Positions 9,835 through 18,564 of a stretch of 64,000 nucleotides of DNA are shown in pieces (within the stretch, counting starts at the first letter, position 1; each line of letters starts with the position of its first letter). Origin of the DNA: Thermoflexus sp. (GTDB taxonomy: Bacteria > Chloroflexota > Anaerolineae > Aggregatilineales > Aggregatilineaceae); assembly GCA_020724465.1 (NCBI GenBank), contig DYGX01000006.1, forward strand, positions 67,603-131,602, written 5' to 3'. The notes beneath the pieces were generated by a model, which searched no databases, was not told the origin of the DNA, and was given only the letters and a program-made list of their open reading frames with translations. The position numbers were made by a program, and so were the translations under genes.

Positions 9835-10425
9835 TCAGGGTGCAGGCGTGGGGACGGCGCGTTGTTGCGCCTCATACTCGACCAGCAGCGCCATCTGCGG
9901 CGGGGTGATGTTGATAAACGGGCGCGCCTGCCGGATGGTAGCCAGCGCCTCGTCGAGCGTCATACCCATGCTGATCAGATAGGCGGCGGCGAGCGTCGGG
10001 GCGCGGCCCACGCCGCCCGCGCAATGAATGTAGACCTTGCGGCCCGCCGCGATCTGCTCGCGCACAAAAGCCACGCCGCGCGCCACGTCTTGGGCGGAGA
10101 TCGCGTCGTCGTCGACCGTGGGCAGGTGGCAGTATTCCGCCAGCGCTAGCCCGTGCGCGGCATCGTCGAACTCGGCCCGCAGATTGACTCCCGCCGTGAT
10201 CCCGGCGCGCTCCAGATGGTGCCTGCCGCGCCGCCCGTACTGCGGCCCGACATAGAGCTGCGGCGTCACCTCGCTGTAGCGCAGCAGCGGGATCCCGGTC
10301 AGCCTGGGCACGCCGCGCGCGTAGACCCACAGCAGCGTGGTGCGCAGCCCCTGCGTGCGCAGGCGGTGCACCAGAATCGCCCACCCTTTGCGCGCCTTGC
10401 GCCAAAGCGTTGAGAGAAACCCCAT
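9835..10425 (-). CDS. Dual-specificity (CX5R) phosphatase
   Basis: YIHCAGGVGRAP P-loop, PTVDD general-acid loop and IRQARP motif. Confidence 0.9.
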   Translation of the reverse strand: MGFLSTLWRKARKGWAILVHRLRTQGLRTTLLWVYARGVPRLTGIPLLRYSEVTPQLYVGPQYGRRGRHHLERAGITAGVNLRAEFDDAAHGLALAEYCHLPTVDDDAISAQDVARGVAFVREQIAAGRKVYIHCAGGVGRAPTLAAAYLISMGMTLDEALATIRQARPFINITPPQMALLVEYEAQQRAVPTPAP

Positions 10426-10428
10426 GCC

Positions 10429-11496
10429 CTAACTGTCCTTTGTGCGCTTGATGCCGGATCGGTCAACCGGCCCGGCGGGCACAGCCGCCTCGGCTGGAGT
10501 CCGGCGCAGCGTGCGGGTGAGGAAGACCAGCCCGCCGACGAAGGCGTGCCCCCAGGTCAGCACGCGCATGATGATCGCGATCACCCCGGCAGCCGAGCTG
10601 CCCACGCCCACCAGACCCAGGAAGAAGACATACGCCGATTCTTTGACGCCCAGCGCGGCGATCGAGATCGGGATCAGCTCGGCGGTCGTCGCCAGCGCGA
10701 TCATCGGCACAAAGCCGCTGGCCGGGATCGGGTCGGTGACCGCCACCAGGACCAGATAGGTCGCGCCCATCGTCAGCGCGTTGGCGAGCATGGAGAGCAG
10801 CACCACCTGTCCCAGCACGGCCGGGCTGTGAAGCTGCTCGGTGAAGGCGTGCTGCAGGTGGCGGCCCTTCTCGACCAACCGCCCCAGCCCCACGCGCTCC
10901 GCCAGCACCGCTACCGGCCCGAACAACCACCCCTGGCGCAGCATGATCACGCCCGCCAGCCCGCCAACAAACAGCGCGTGGACCAGCAGCACAAACGGCA
11001 GCGGCACGCGCCCCGGCTCCAGGAACAGCGCGAACAGACTCCCGGCTCCGGCCACGGTCAGCAGGCCGATCCCGCGCTCCAGCAGCACCGACGAGGTCGC
11101 GTCCGCTTTGCGGCCAGTTGCCGCCGCCGCATCCACCGCGCGCACCGCATCCCCGCCGACCGAGGTCGGCAGCACGGTGCTGAAAAACGCGCCGACAAAA
11201 TACGTCCCCAGCAGGCGGCGGAAAGGCAGCTCCAGGCCGCTTTCGCGCACGAACAACCCCCAGCGATAGGCTTTCACCGTCGTGCTAAGCAGCGTCAGCA
11301 GCCAGGCCAGCGGGATCATCGACCAATTGACGCTGCGCAGTTGCTCGGCGTCATCCGCCACCAGCGACAGCACAAACGCCATCAGCACGGCGGCGACGAT
11401 CAGCCGCAGCCACATCAGCAGGCGGTCGCGCCGGTGCCTGGCCCATGCCAGCAGCGCGCGCGGCAAAGAGCGGGATGGTGCCGTCGAATCGCTCAT
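10429..11496 (-). CDS. Lysylphosphatidylglycerol synthase TM / flippase-like membrane protein
   Basis: KAYRW, FFSTVLPTSVGGDAVR, LLER and PISIAALGVKE motifs. Confidence 0.88.
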   Translation of the reverse strand: MSDSTAPSRSLPRALLAWARHRRDRLLMWLRLIVAAVLMAFVLSLVADDAEQLRSVNWSMIPLAWLLTLLSTTVKAYRWGLFVRESGLELPFRRLLGTYFVGAFFSTVLPTSVGGDAVRAVDAAAATGRKADATSSVLLERGIGLLTVAGAGSLFALFLEPGRVPLPFVLLVHALFVGGLAGVIMLRQGWLFGPVAVLAERVGLGRLVEKGRHLQHAFTEQLHSPAVLGQVVLLSMLANALTMGATYLVLVAVTDPIPASGFVPMIALATTAELIPISIAALGVKESAYVFFLGLVGVGSSAAGVIAIIMRVLTWGHAFVGGLVFLTRTLRRTPAEAAVPAGPVDRSGIKRTKDS

Positions 11497-11791
11497 ACAG
11501 ACCGTGTACTCTCACCGGTTGAAGTTACATCGCGCATGGATCACCTGATCTCTACCAGCCTATACGAGCGACCGGCCCGCAAGTAGCGCGTCGCAGACAG
11601 GAACCGGCTGGATTTCGCACCAGCCGGCAGCAACCCGGCGATTATACCAGCGCGCTTCACCCACGCCAATCATCCGGTCACATCGCTCATATGCAGATCG
11701 TAAACAACATCTCGCCGGGTGCAATCAGCCCTTGACTTCCACCCAGAACGACCTGATCATTAGATTGAGCATCGCTCGCATCGATCAAGCC

Positions 11792-11840
11792 ATGCGCTGC
11801 GGCCGCAGCGCATCAGACCCCCGTGAGGCGAGGGTTTTTT
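11792..11840 (+). promoter_or_regulatory. Leader hairpin plus terminator-like stem (candidate attenuator) upstream of the MFS gene
   Basis: Perfect 22-bp palindrome ATGCGCTGCGGCCGCAGCGCAT (11792-11813), then an ACCC...GGGT stem with T6 ending 5 nt before the ATG. Confidence 0.5.
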
Positions 11841-11845
11841 GTTGC

Positions 11846-13099
11846 ATGGAACCCCCAGGCGAAGCCAGCCCAGCACTTGCCGAACAGGAACGGGCGAACT
11901 TCCGGCATCTGGTGCTGGATGTGATGTGGTTCGGCGTGGCGTTTCCTTCAACCGCCCGCTTTCTGTCCGTCTATGCCATCCGACTGGGGGCGGGCGCGGC
12001 GCTGCTCGGCTGGATCTCGGCGCTGCCGGCCATCATCCTGCTGGCGACCTCGACCTTTGCCCCGTGGTGGCGCAAGCGCTACGCCTCAACCGTTGACGCG
12101 CTGTTCTGGCCGGGACTGGGTTTTCGGCTGGTTTTCTTGCTGCCCGCGCTGACGCCTTTCTTCCCGCGCGACTTCCAGCCGTACTGGCTGCTGATCGCGG
12201 TTGTGCTCCCGGCCATCCCGCAGGGCGTCTCGACCGTTCTGTTCCTGGTGGTGCTGCGCGAAGGCATCAGCAACCGCGAGCTGCCGGGGCTGATGAGCCA
12301 GCGATCGTTCGCCTTCAATGTGGCAGTCGGCGTGATGACCGTCGCGTTTGGGTTTTGGCTTTCCAGGGCGCCGTTCCCGCTCAACTACCAGTTGATGTTT
12401 GTGGCCGCTTTCGCCGCGTCCCTCATCAGCCTGCTGCACGTCCAGGCCGTGCGCGAGATCAGCCCGGCGACGCTCCCGGAGCGGGCCGCCGGCTCGCTGC
12501 GGGCGCTGATGCGAACCCCCATTTTCCAGCGTGTGGCCTCCACGACGATCCTGGTTCATTTCTCATTCTTCACGATCCTGCCCATCATCCCGCTGTGGCT
12601 GGTGAATCGCTTCGGTGCAGACGAGCGCTTCCTGTCGATCTTCGGGCTGGTCGAGATCGCCGCGGCAGCCTCGATCGCGACCGTTACCGGGCGGATCGTG
12701 CGCCAGGTCGGCAGCCGCCGGACGATCGCCAGCGGCATGGCGCTGACCGGCCTGGCCGCGCTGGTGATCGCGATTGCGCCGAGCCTGTATGTCACGCTGA
12801 TCGCCGCCGCCATTTCCGGCGCAGCCTGGACCGCTGCCTCGATCAGTATGTTCAACTTCTTCAGCGAGAACACCCCGCCGGAGAACGTGACGCACTTCTC
12901 CACCGTCTATAATCAGGTCGTCTCGCTCTCGATCTTCGCCGGGCCGCTGCTGGGCAGCCAGCTTGCCAGCGTGGCGCCAGAGCTGAGCACAATTCTGATC
13001 CTGGGCGCGGTGCTGCGCGTCGTCGCCGCCGGTCTGATCCAGCTCGATATCTTTGGCCGCCCCCGCCGCATGCCTCAACCCGACACCGTGCAACCCTAA
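11846..13099 (+). CDS. MFS transporter
   Basis: About 12 hydrophobic segments; GRIVRQVGSRR resembles motif A; GPLLGS. Confidence 0.85.
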   Translation: MEPPGEASPALAEQERANFRHLVLDVMWFGVAFPSTARFLSVYAIRLGAGAALLGWISALPAIILLATSTFAPWWRKRYASTVDALFWPGLGFRLVFLLPALTPFFPRDFQPYWLLIAVVLPAIPQGVSTVLFLVVLREGISNRELPGLMSQRSFAFNVAVGVMTVAFGFWLSRAPFPLNYQLMFVAAFAASLISLLHVQAVREISPATLPERAAGSLRALMRTPIFQRVASTTILVHFSFFTILPIIPLWLVNRFGADERFLSIFGLVEIAAAASIATVTGRIVRQVGSRRTIASGMALTGLAALVIAIAPSLYVTLIAAAISGAAWTAASISMFNFFSENTPPENVTHFSTVYNQVVSLSIFAGPLLGSQLASVAPELSTILILGAVLRVVAAGLIQLDIFGRPRRMPQPDTVQP

Positions 13100-13222
13100 A
13101 GGCTGCTCTGAACCCCGCAGACCGGATCACAAGGCAAATCTCGTGCTGTGCGTCGGGGCCGGGCCTGCTTGGCCCGTGCCCGATGCGAGGTTAAGCGCGG
13201 GGGTTGGGTGGCGGATGCGGCG

Positions 13223-13285
13223 TTCTTGCGCGTTTCTTACACCGCGTCGATCCATTTCATACGCGGCGCTGAGATGATTCTTACG
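13223..13285 (+). promoter_or_regulatory. 11-bp-phased direct repeats TTC(T/A)T(A/G)C upstream of the Hsp20 gene
   Basis: Copies start at 13223, 13234, 13256 and 13278 (spacings 11, 22, 22). Confidence 0.45.
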
Positions 13286-13362
13286 CGGCTGTGGCACTCT
13301 GAAGGACACATCACGGTTGTATTGCGCGTTATTGGCCTGCGCTTTAACGGAGGAAGCTGACC

Positions 13363-13818
13363 ATGACGATCGTGACCCGGACTTCGACACGCCGCCCCCC
13401 GCGCACCTGGGATCAACTTTTCAGCGATCTGTGGGAAACCATGCCCGTCACGCATCCCGATCATCTGGCGACCGATGGCCGCCGTCCGGTGCTGCAGCCG
13501 CCGATGGACGTGATCGAGACTGAGACGGGGGTCACCATCCGCCTGGACCTGCCCGGCCTGACAGCCGACGATGTCAACGTCCAGATCGACGGCGACCGCC
13601 TGACCATCCGCGGCGAGTTCCGGCAGACGGAACCGGCCGAGGGCGAGCGCTATGTGCTGCGCGAGCGCCGGACGGGGACCTTCAAGCGGACCCTGCGCCT
13701 GAACAATATGCTCGACACCGAGCACGTCGAGGCGACCTTCCACAACGGCGTGTTGACCCTGACGCTGCCCCTGCGGCCCGAGTCGCAGCCCAAGCGGATC
13801 AAGGTTCAGACCGCCTGA
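13363..13818 (+). CDS. Hsp20/alpha-crystallin small heat-shock protein
   Basis: PPMDVIE, DLPGL, ERRTGTFKR, ATFHNGVLTLTLP and a C-terminal IKV motif; GGAGG RBS. Confidence 0.95.
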   Translation: MTIVTRTSTRRPPRTWDQLFSDLWETMPVTHPDHLATDGRRPVLQPPMDVIETETGVTIRLDLPGLTADDVNVQIDGDRLTIRGEFRQTEPAEGERYVLRERRTGTFKRTLRLNNMLDTEHVEATFHNGVLTLTLPLRPESQPKRIKVQTA

Positions 13819-13836
13819 CGTTCGCAGCGATCGCAC

Positions 13837-13873
13837 GCGCGCCGCTTCCTGTTGGAAACCGGCGCGCTTTTTT
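13837..13873 (+). terminator. Intrinsic terminator after the Hsp20 gene
   Basis: GCGCGCCG...CGGCGCGC stem followed by T6. Confidence 0.8.
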
Positions 13874-13994
13874 GTTGGCGCGTGGTCCGTGCGTAGGGTA
13901 AGCGCCGTCCCCCGCGCTCGACACCGCGCCGGGGTGTGTTATCCTTGAGGCGACCAATTGCCGTTTGGCGCCTGTAAAGCGTAGACTCTGCCAT

Positions 13995-15341
13995 ATGATA
14001 ACACGACGACAGCTTCCCCTGTTCTTGATGATCGCCGCGCTGGCGGCGCTGGCGCTGGCCGCGATGGGTGCTCTGCTCGACCCGGCCGGCGATGACTCCT
14101 CTCTGGCGGCCCGGATCGCCCGCGCTCAGTCCGGCGCGACACCGACACCAGGCGGCGGGTTCGGCCCGATCGTCGGCCCCGACTACACTCCCCAGCCGCT
14201 GCATACCCCACTGCCACAGACCCTGCACGAGCGGCCCTGCCCGGCCATCGTGACCGCCGAGGCGGGCGTCACACTTCACGGCGCGGCAGATGCAGCATCG
14301 CCCGTGGTGGGGACGGCCAACGTCCGCGAGCGGCTGACGGTGGTCGCGCTGTCCAGCGATGCCGCCGGGAACCAGTGGGCGCAGACCGAGCGGGGCTGGT
14401 TGCCGCTCACGCTCAACGGCACCCAGCACGCCGTGCTGGATAGCATGCGCTCTTGCGAGATCTTGAAGGGGACCACGCCCCGAACGACGCTTCTGGGCCT
14501 GCACGTGCTCAATGAAACCAGCCACGACGAAGTGCTGGCGCTGGTGCGGCGGCTGGTGGACGCCGGAATCCCGATGGGGACGGTCAAAGGGCTGAACGGC
14601 GCAGAGCAAACCCTCAACGAGATCAAGATGATCTCGCCCCAGACGGTGACGGTCTTCCGCTCGCTGTGGACGGCTAATGGCATGTGGGACTGCCCCGCCG
14701 ACCCTGGCGAGTACGGCGACCCGGTCGAGACGGCCAACACCTGGATGAAGGGCCTCTACAGTTACTGGAACGCGGTCGACGCCGACTACTACGAGATCAT
14801 CAACGAGTGCCCGGTCGAGCTAAGCTGGATCGCGGAGTTCTCGATTGAAGCGATGCGGCTCGCCAACCAGCAGGGACGCTGCCTGCTGTTGTTCTCATTC
14901 CCCGGCGGCAACCCCACCGTCGACGCGTTCCGCGAGCTGCTGCCGGCCTATCAGTACGCGGTCGAGAACCCGTGCGCGCCGGGCCGCTATCACGGCGTCG
15001 CCTTGCACGCCTACAGCCTGGAAGACGGCCTGCTGGTCAGCGAGTCTGACAAATGGATCGGGTTCCGGCATCGCATCTTCGAGGAAGAACTGCGCCAGCG
15101 GCTCCCTGAAGCCGTCGATCTGCCGGTCTACATCACGGAGTTGGGCCAGGGCGGCGGGATGGCGATCCCATCCTGCGAGTCGCTGATCCGCGACGCCATG
15201 CAGTACACCTACCAGCTTGAGGAAGACCCGTATGTGAAGGGCTTCCACCTGTGGAGCGTCGGCTCCGGCACGCGCTGGGTGGATATCACCTCGTGCCTGC
15301 CCGCGCTGGGCGACGCACTGATCGCCTATTACCAGGGCTAG
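13995..15341 (+). CDS. Secreted SH3-like plus clan GH-A-like glycoside hydrolase protein
   Basis: N-terminal signal/TM, Pro/Thr linker, SH3b-like WAQTERGWL, catalytic-like YYEIINE and YITELG. Confidence 0.6.
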   Translation: MITRRQLPLFLMIAALAALALAAMGALLDPAGDDSSLAARIARAQSGATPTPGGGFGPIVGPDYTPQPLHTPLPQTLHERPCPAIVTAEAGVTLHGAADAASPVVGTANVRERLTVVALSSDAAGNQWAQTERGWLPLTLNGTQHAVLDSMRSCEILKGTTPRTTLLGLHVLNETSHDEVLALVRRLVDAGIPMGTVKGLNGAEQTLNEIKMISPQTVTVFRSLWTANGMWDCPADPGEYGDPVETANTWMKGLYSYWNAVDADYYEIINECPVELSWIAEFSIEAMRLANQQGRCLLLFSFPGGNPTVDAFRELLPAYQYAVENPCAPGRYHGVALHAYSLEDGLLVSESDKWIGFRHRIFEEELRQRLPEAVDLPVYITELGQGGGMAIPSCESLIRDAMQYTYQLEEDPYVKGFHLWSVGSGTRWVDITSCLPALGDALIAYYQG

Positions 15342-15366
15342 GCCCGCCCGGCCCGTACGTGCGCGC

Positions 15367-15395
15367 AATCCCCGCCCCCGGCGGGGATTTTGTTT
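15367..15395 (+). terminator. Intrinsic terminator
   Basis: AATCCCCGCC-CCC-GGCGGGGATT followed by TTGTTT. Confidence 0.7.
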
Positions 15396-15408
15396 GCGCG
15401 GAGCCGAC

Positions 15409-15437
15409 TTGACCAGCTTTCGCGGCGCGCATAGACT
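15409..15437 (+). promoter_or_regulatory. Putative sigma70 promoter of the 15465-18482 operon
   Basis: TTGACC-17bp-TAGACT. Confidence 0.65.
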
Positions 15438-15464
15438 CACCATAGACGGTTCGCGAGGCAACTC

Positions 15465-16406
15465 ATGATACAAACGCGCGCCCTGAATGTACTCATTATT
15501 CACGGTATCGGCATCCGGCCACGCACCCCCGCTTACGCCCGCGCGCTGGAAGACGGCATCCGCCACGCCTTCGACCGGGCGGCGCGCCGCCTGCGCCTGC
15601 CGGACATCCCGCGCGGCGCGGCACGCGGCAGCACGGCGCTGCGCTTCGAGGCCGTCTGCTGGGATCCCGTCACGCAACGCCCGCAGGACGCGCTGCTAAG
15701 CGTGCTGCTCGGCCAGCCGCGCTTTCTGCGCCGGCTGAGCCTGACCGGGCGCCTGCGCGAATCCATTGTGGGGCTGGTGGGCGACGTCATCGCCTACGAA
15801 GCCGGGCCGCACAACCCGGTCTACCAGGCCATCCACGCCGAGGTGGCGCGCGGGCTGGATGCGCTGGCGGCGGGCGGAGACGGCGACGCTCCGCTGACGA
15901 TCATCGGGCACAGCCTGGGCAGCGTCATCGCGTCGGACTACGTGTGGGACCAGACGCGCGGCACGACGCACCGCCTGGCGGCGCACGGGCTGGCGCTGGT
16001 CAATATGATCTTGCTCGGCTCGCCGATGGCGCTCTATGCCCTGCGCGGCAACGCGGGCGGCGGGCCGGAGAGCATCCGCGACAGCCTGGACTCACCCGTT
16101 CAGATCGAGCCGGACGGCGGGTGGTGGCTCAACCTCTACGACCGGCAGGACGCGCTGGCCTGCCCGCTGGAACCCATTGACGCCTACCGGCGCGCGGGCG
16201 TGATCGACTGTCCGGTCCGCGCCGGGAGCTGGCTCACCGGCTGGAATCTGGGCAGTCACACCGGCTACTGGCGCTGCGCCGAAGTCGCGTCGATCATCGG
16301 GCAAAAGCTGGCCATCGATTGGGCGCGTCTCAATAGCCCGCGCTTTGCCGAGCGCGACGCGGATAAAGCGCTGGCCGCGCTGCGCCGCGATCTCAAGCGG
16401 CGCTGA
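15465..16406 (+). CDS. Alpha/beta-hydrolase-fold protein
   Basis: IIHGIG, GHSLGS nucleophile elbow, LGSP, NLYDRQD and SHTGYW. Confidence 0.75.
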   Translation: MIQTRALNVLIIHGIGIRPRTPAYARALEDGIRHAFDRAARRLRLPDIPRGAARGSTALRFEAVCWDPVTQRPQDALLSVLLGQPRFLRRLSLTGRLRESIVGLVGDVIAYEAGPHNPVYQAIHAEVARGLDALAAGGDGDAPLTIIGHSLGSVIASDYVWDQTRGTTHRLAAHGLALVNMILLGSPMALYALRGNAGGGPESIRDSLDSPVQIEPDGGWWLNLYDRQDALACPLEPIDAYRRAGVIDCPVRAGSWLTGWNLGSHTGYWRCAEVASIIGQKLAIDWARLNSPRFAERDADKALAALRRDLKRR

Positions 16407-16431
16407 GCCGGCGCGGGAGAGAAAACGGACG

Positions 16432-16956
16432 ATGATTTTGTGGGAAGCGGCGCTGGCCGCGTTGGGGCTGTATGTACTCGTCACCGGGCAGCTTCGTGTC
16501 ATGGGGCGCGCGATCCGGGGGCGGCGGGCGCGCGAAGTTGGCCTGATCCTGATCGCGCCGCTGGCGCTCGCTCTGATTCTGGCGCTCGGCCTCGGCGCGC
16601 TGCTGGCGCCGGGCGACGAGCGACTGCCCGACGACGTGATCGACGTGCTGTCGCTGATCGAGTTTGCGCTGGTTGCGGCGGCGGTCGGCGCCGCCAGCTA
16701 CCTTGTCTTCGCCAGCGGGCAGACGTTGGGCAAGGTCTGGCACGCGAAATCTGAACCCGGCGCCGATCCATCCCCCGGCGCGCCGCAGGGCCGGATGACC
16801 GTGGCCCAGGCCGCGCAGGCCCTGGAACTGAGCGAGCTGGAAGTGCTGGCCCTGATCCGGACCGGGGCGCTGCCGGGCGTGCGAGCCGGGCTGAGCTATC
16901 ATGTCGATCGACGCGCGGTTGAGCGGCTGCGCCGCCAGCGCGGAGGACACGACTAG
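16432..16956 (+). CDS. Membrane protein (about 3 TM) with C-terminal excisionase-like HTH
   Basis: Three hydrophobic segments, then MTVAQAAQALELSELEVLALIRTGALPGVRAGLSYHV. Confidence 0.7.
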   Translation: MILWEAALAALGLYVLVTGQLRVMGRAIRGRRAREVGLILIAPLALALILALGLGALLAPGDERLPDDVIDVLSLIEFALVAAAVGAASYLVFASGQTLGKVWHAKSEPGADPSPGAPQGRMTVAQAAQALELSELEVLALIRTGALPGVRAGLSYHVDRRAVERLRRQRGGHD

Positions 16957-17562
16957 GTGATCGAGTGGCCCTTCCCCCCGTTCATGGACCCGGCCTGGCG
17001 CGACGCGCACCGCCGCGCCGCCGCGCAGTGGGCTGCCGATCTGCTGCAAAGCGAGGGCGTGATCTTCGACAGCGAAACGACCGGGCTTGGCCCGCGCGAT
17101 GAATTCGTGCAGGTAGGCGTGATCGACCTGCAGGGCAGCGTCCTGCTCGACGCGCTGGTACGCCCTTCGCGCCCGATCCCGCCGGATGCCACCGCTGTGC
17201 ACGGCCTGACCGATGCTGATGTCGCGCTGGCGCCTTCCTTTCCGGGGGTCTACGACGCGCTGCGCGAGGTGATCGGCGGGCGGCATGTGATCGTCTATAA
17301 CGCGGACTACGACCGCCGCATCCTCTCGCAGACCTGCCAGCTTTACGGCTTGCCGATGATCGAGGCGGCAGACTGGCGCTGTGCGATGAAAGGCTACGCG
17401 CGCTTCAATGGCGCGTGGAGCAGCCGCTACGGCGATTTCCGCTGGCTCCGCCTGACGGTGGCCTGCGCTGCCGAGGGCATCCCGGTCATCCGGGCGCACA
17501 GCGCGCTGGCAGACTGCCACCTGACACTGGCGCTGCTGCGGGCGATGGCCTCGACGCTGTGA
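16957..17562 (+). CDS. DEDDh 3'-5' exonuclease
   Basis: ExoI FDSETTGL, ExoII YNADYD and ExoIII AHSALAD motifs. Confidence 0.92.
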   Translation: MIEWPFPPFMDPAWRDAHRRAAAQWAADLLQSEGVIFDSETTGLGPRDEFVQVGVIDLQGSVLLDALVRPSRPIPPDATAVHGLTDADVALAPSFPGVYDALREVIGGRHVIVYNADYDRRILSQTCQLYGLPMIEAADWRCAMKGYARFNGAWSSRYGDFRWLRLTVACAAEGIPVIRAHSALADCHLTLALLRAMASTL

Positions 17563-17600
17563 GCGCGCCAGGACGCTCAAACGAGGGAGCGCGGTTTGCC

Positions 17601-18482
17601 ATGGATCCGGAAACGGAGCGCACCCTGCGCGACGCATATCACCTGATCAAGCGCGGCCACAAAGACGCGGCGCGTGCCCGGATCGTGGCCGTCCTGGCGC
17701 GCGACCGGGACAACATCGACGCGTGGTGGCTGGCCGCGCACGCCGCCGCTTCGCCCGCTGATATCCGGCTGGCGCTGGCCCAGGTGCGCCGCCTCGACCC
17801 CCAGCACGCGCCCGCCGCCGCCGCGCTCGCCTACCTCGACCGCGCCTATCCGCTCGATGCCACGCTTGCGCCGGACGCGCTCATCCCGCTGCCGCCCCCA
17901 GGTCACAAAGCCCCGCCGCTGCCCCGCCGCCGGCGCGGACGCACCCGCTGGGTGTGGAACGTGGTGCTGGTTGTTGGGCTGCTGGCGCTGGCCTTCGGCG
18001 TGACGGCGCTCGTCAGCCAGATTGCCGGGATGACCTGGATCGACGAGCTGGTGGACCGCGCCGGTGAGACGCTCGGCGTTGAGATGCGGCCTGGCGCGCG
18101 CGGCGAACTGGGCCAGGTAGTCACCGGTCCCCCGGATGCGCTCCGCGAGCTGCCGGTCACACAGCGCAAGCCGGTCAGCTTCGATAGCGTGCTGATCGGC
18201 TCGCTGCGTCCCGATGAGGCACATGTCTGGACCTTCAGCGCGCAGGCCGGGGCGGAAGTGGCAGCCATGATCCAGTTCACCCGCGCGGGCGATGCCCGCA
18301 ATGTGATGGTGCTGCGCGACGCCGCGGGGACGATCCTGGCGCATGGCGACGGCACGGCTCAAAGCGCCACGATCACCCTGGTCCACGCCCTGCCCCAGAC
18401 CGGCACCTACGAGATCGTGCTCGCCGGCTCGCCGGACGGCGCGCGCGGCGACTACGCGCTCGGCGTCAGCCTGCTCCGCTAG
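17601..18482 (+). CDS. Bitopic membrane protein: N-terminal TPR-like helices, TM, extracellular PPC-like beta domain
   Basis: AYHLIKRG...NIDAWWL helical repeat; one TM; HVWTFSAQAG...LPQTGTYEI...GDYAL. Confidence 0.6.
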   Translation: MDPETERTLRDAYHLIKRGHKDAARARIVAVLARDRDNIDAWWLAAHAAASPADIRLALAQVRRLDPQHAPAAAALAYLDRAYPLDATLAPDALIPLPPPGHKAPPLPRRRRGRTRWVWNVVLVVGLLALAFGVTALVSQIAGMTWIDELVDRAGETLGVEMRPGARGELGQVVTGPPDALRELPVTQRKPVSFDSVLIGSLRPDEAHVWTFSAQAGAEVAAMIQFTRAGDARNVMVLRDAAGTILAHGDGTAQSATITLVHALPQTGTYEIVLAGSPDGARGDYALGVSLLR

Positions 18483-18564
18483 CGCGCCGCTGGACACACG
18501 CCGCCCGCCGCGCTATGCTTGCCCCGTTTCACCCGCATAGGCCAGGCCGCAGGAGTGTGACATC

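Noticed and set aside
13292..13317. CIRCE (HrcA) operator upstream of the Hsp20 gene
   Set aside because: Only the left arm TGGCACTC is present; there is no GAGTGC arm after the 9-nt spacer.
16432..16956. Prophage or ICE excisionase
   Set aside because: The HTH is fused to TM segments, and there is no integrase, att site or compositional shift nearby.
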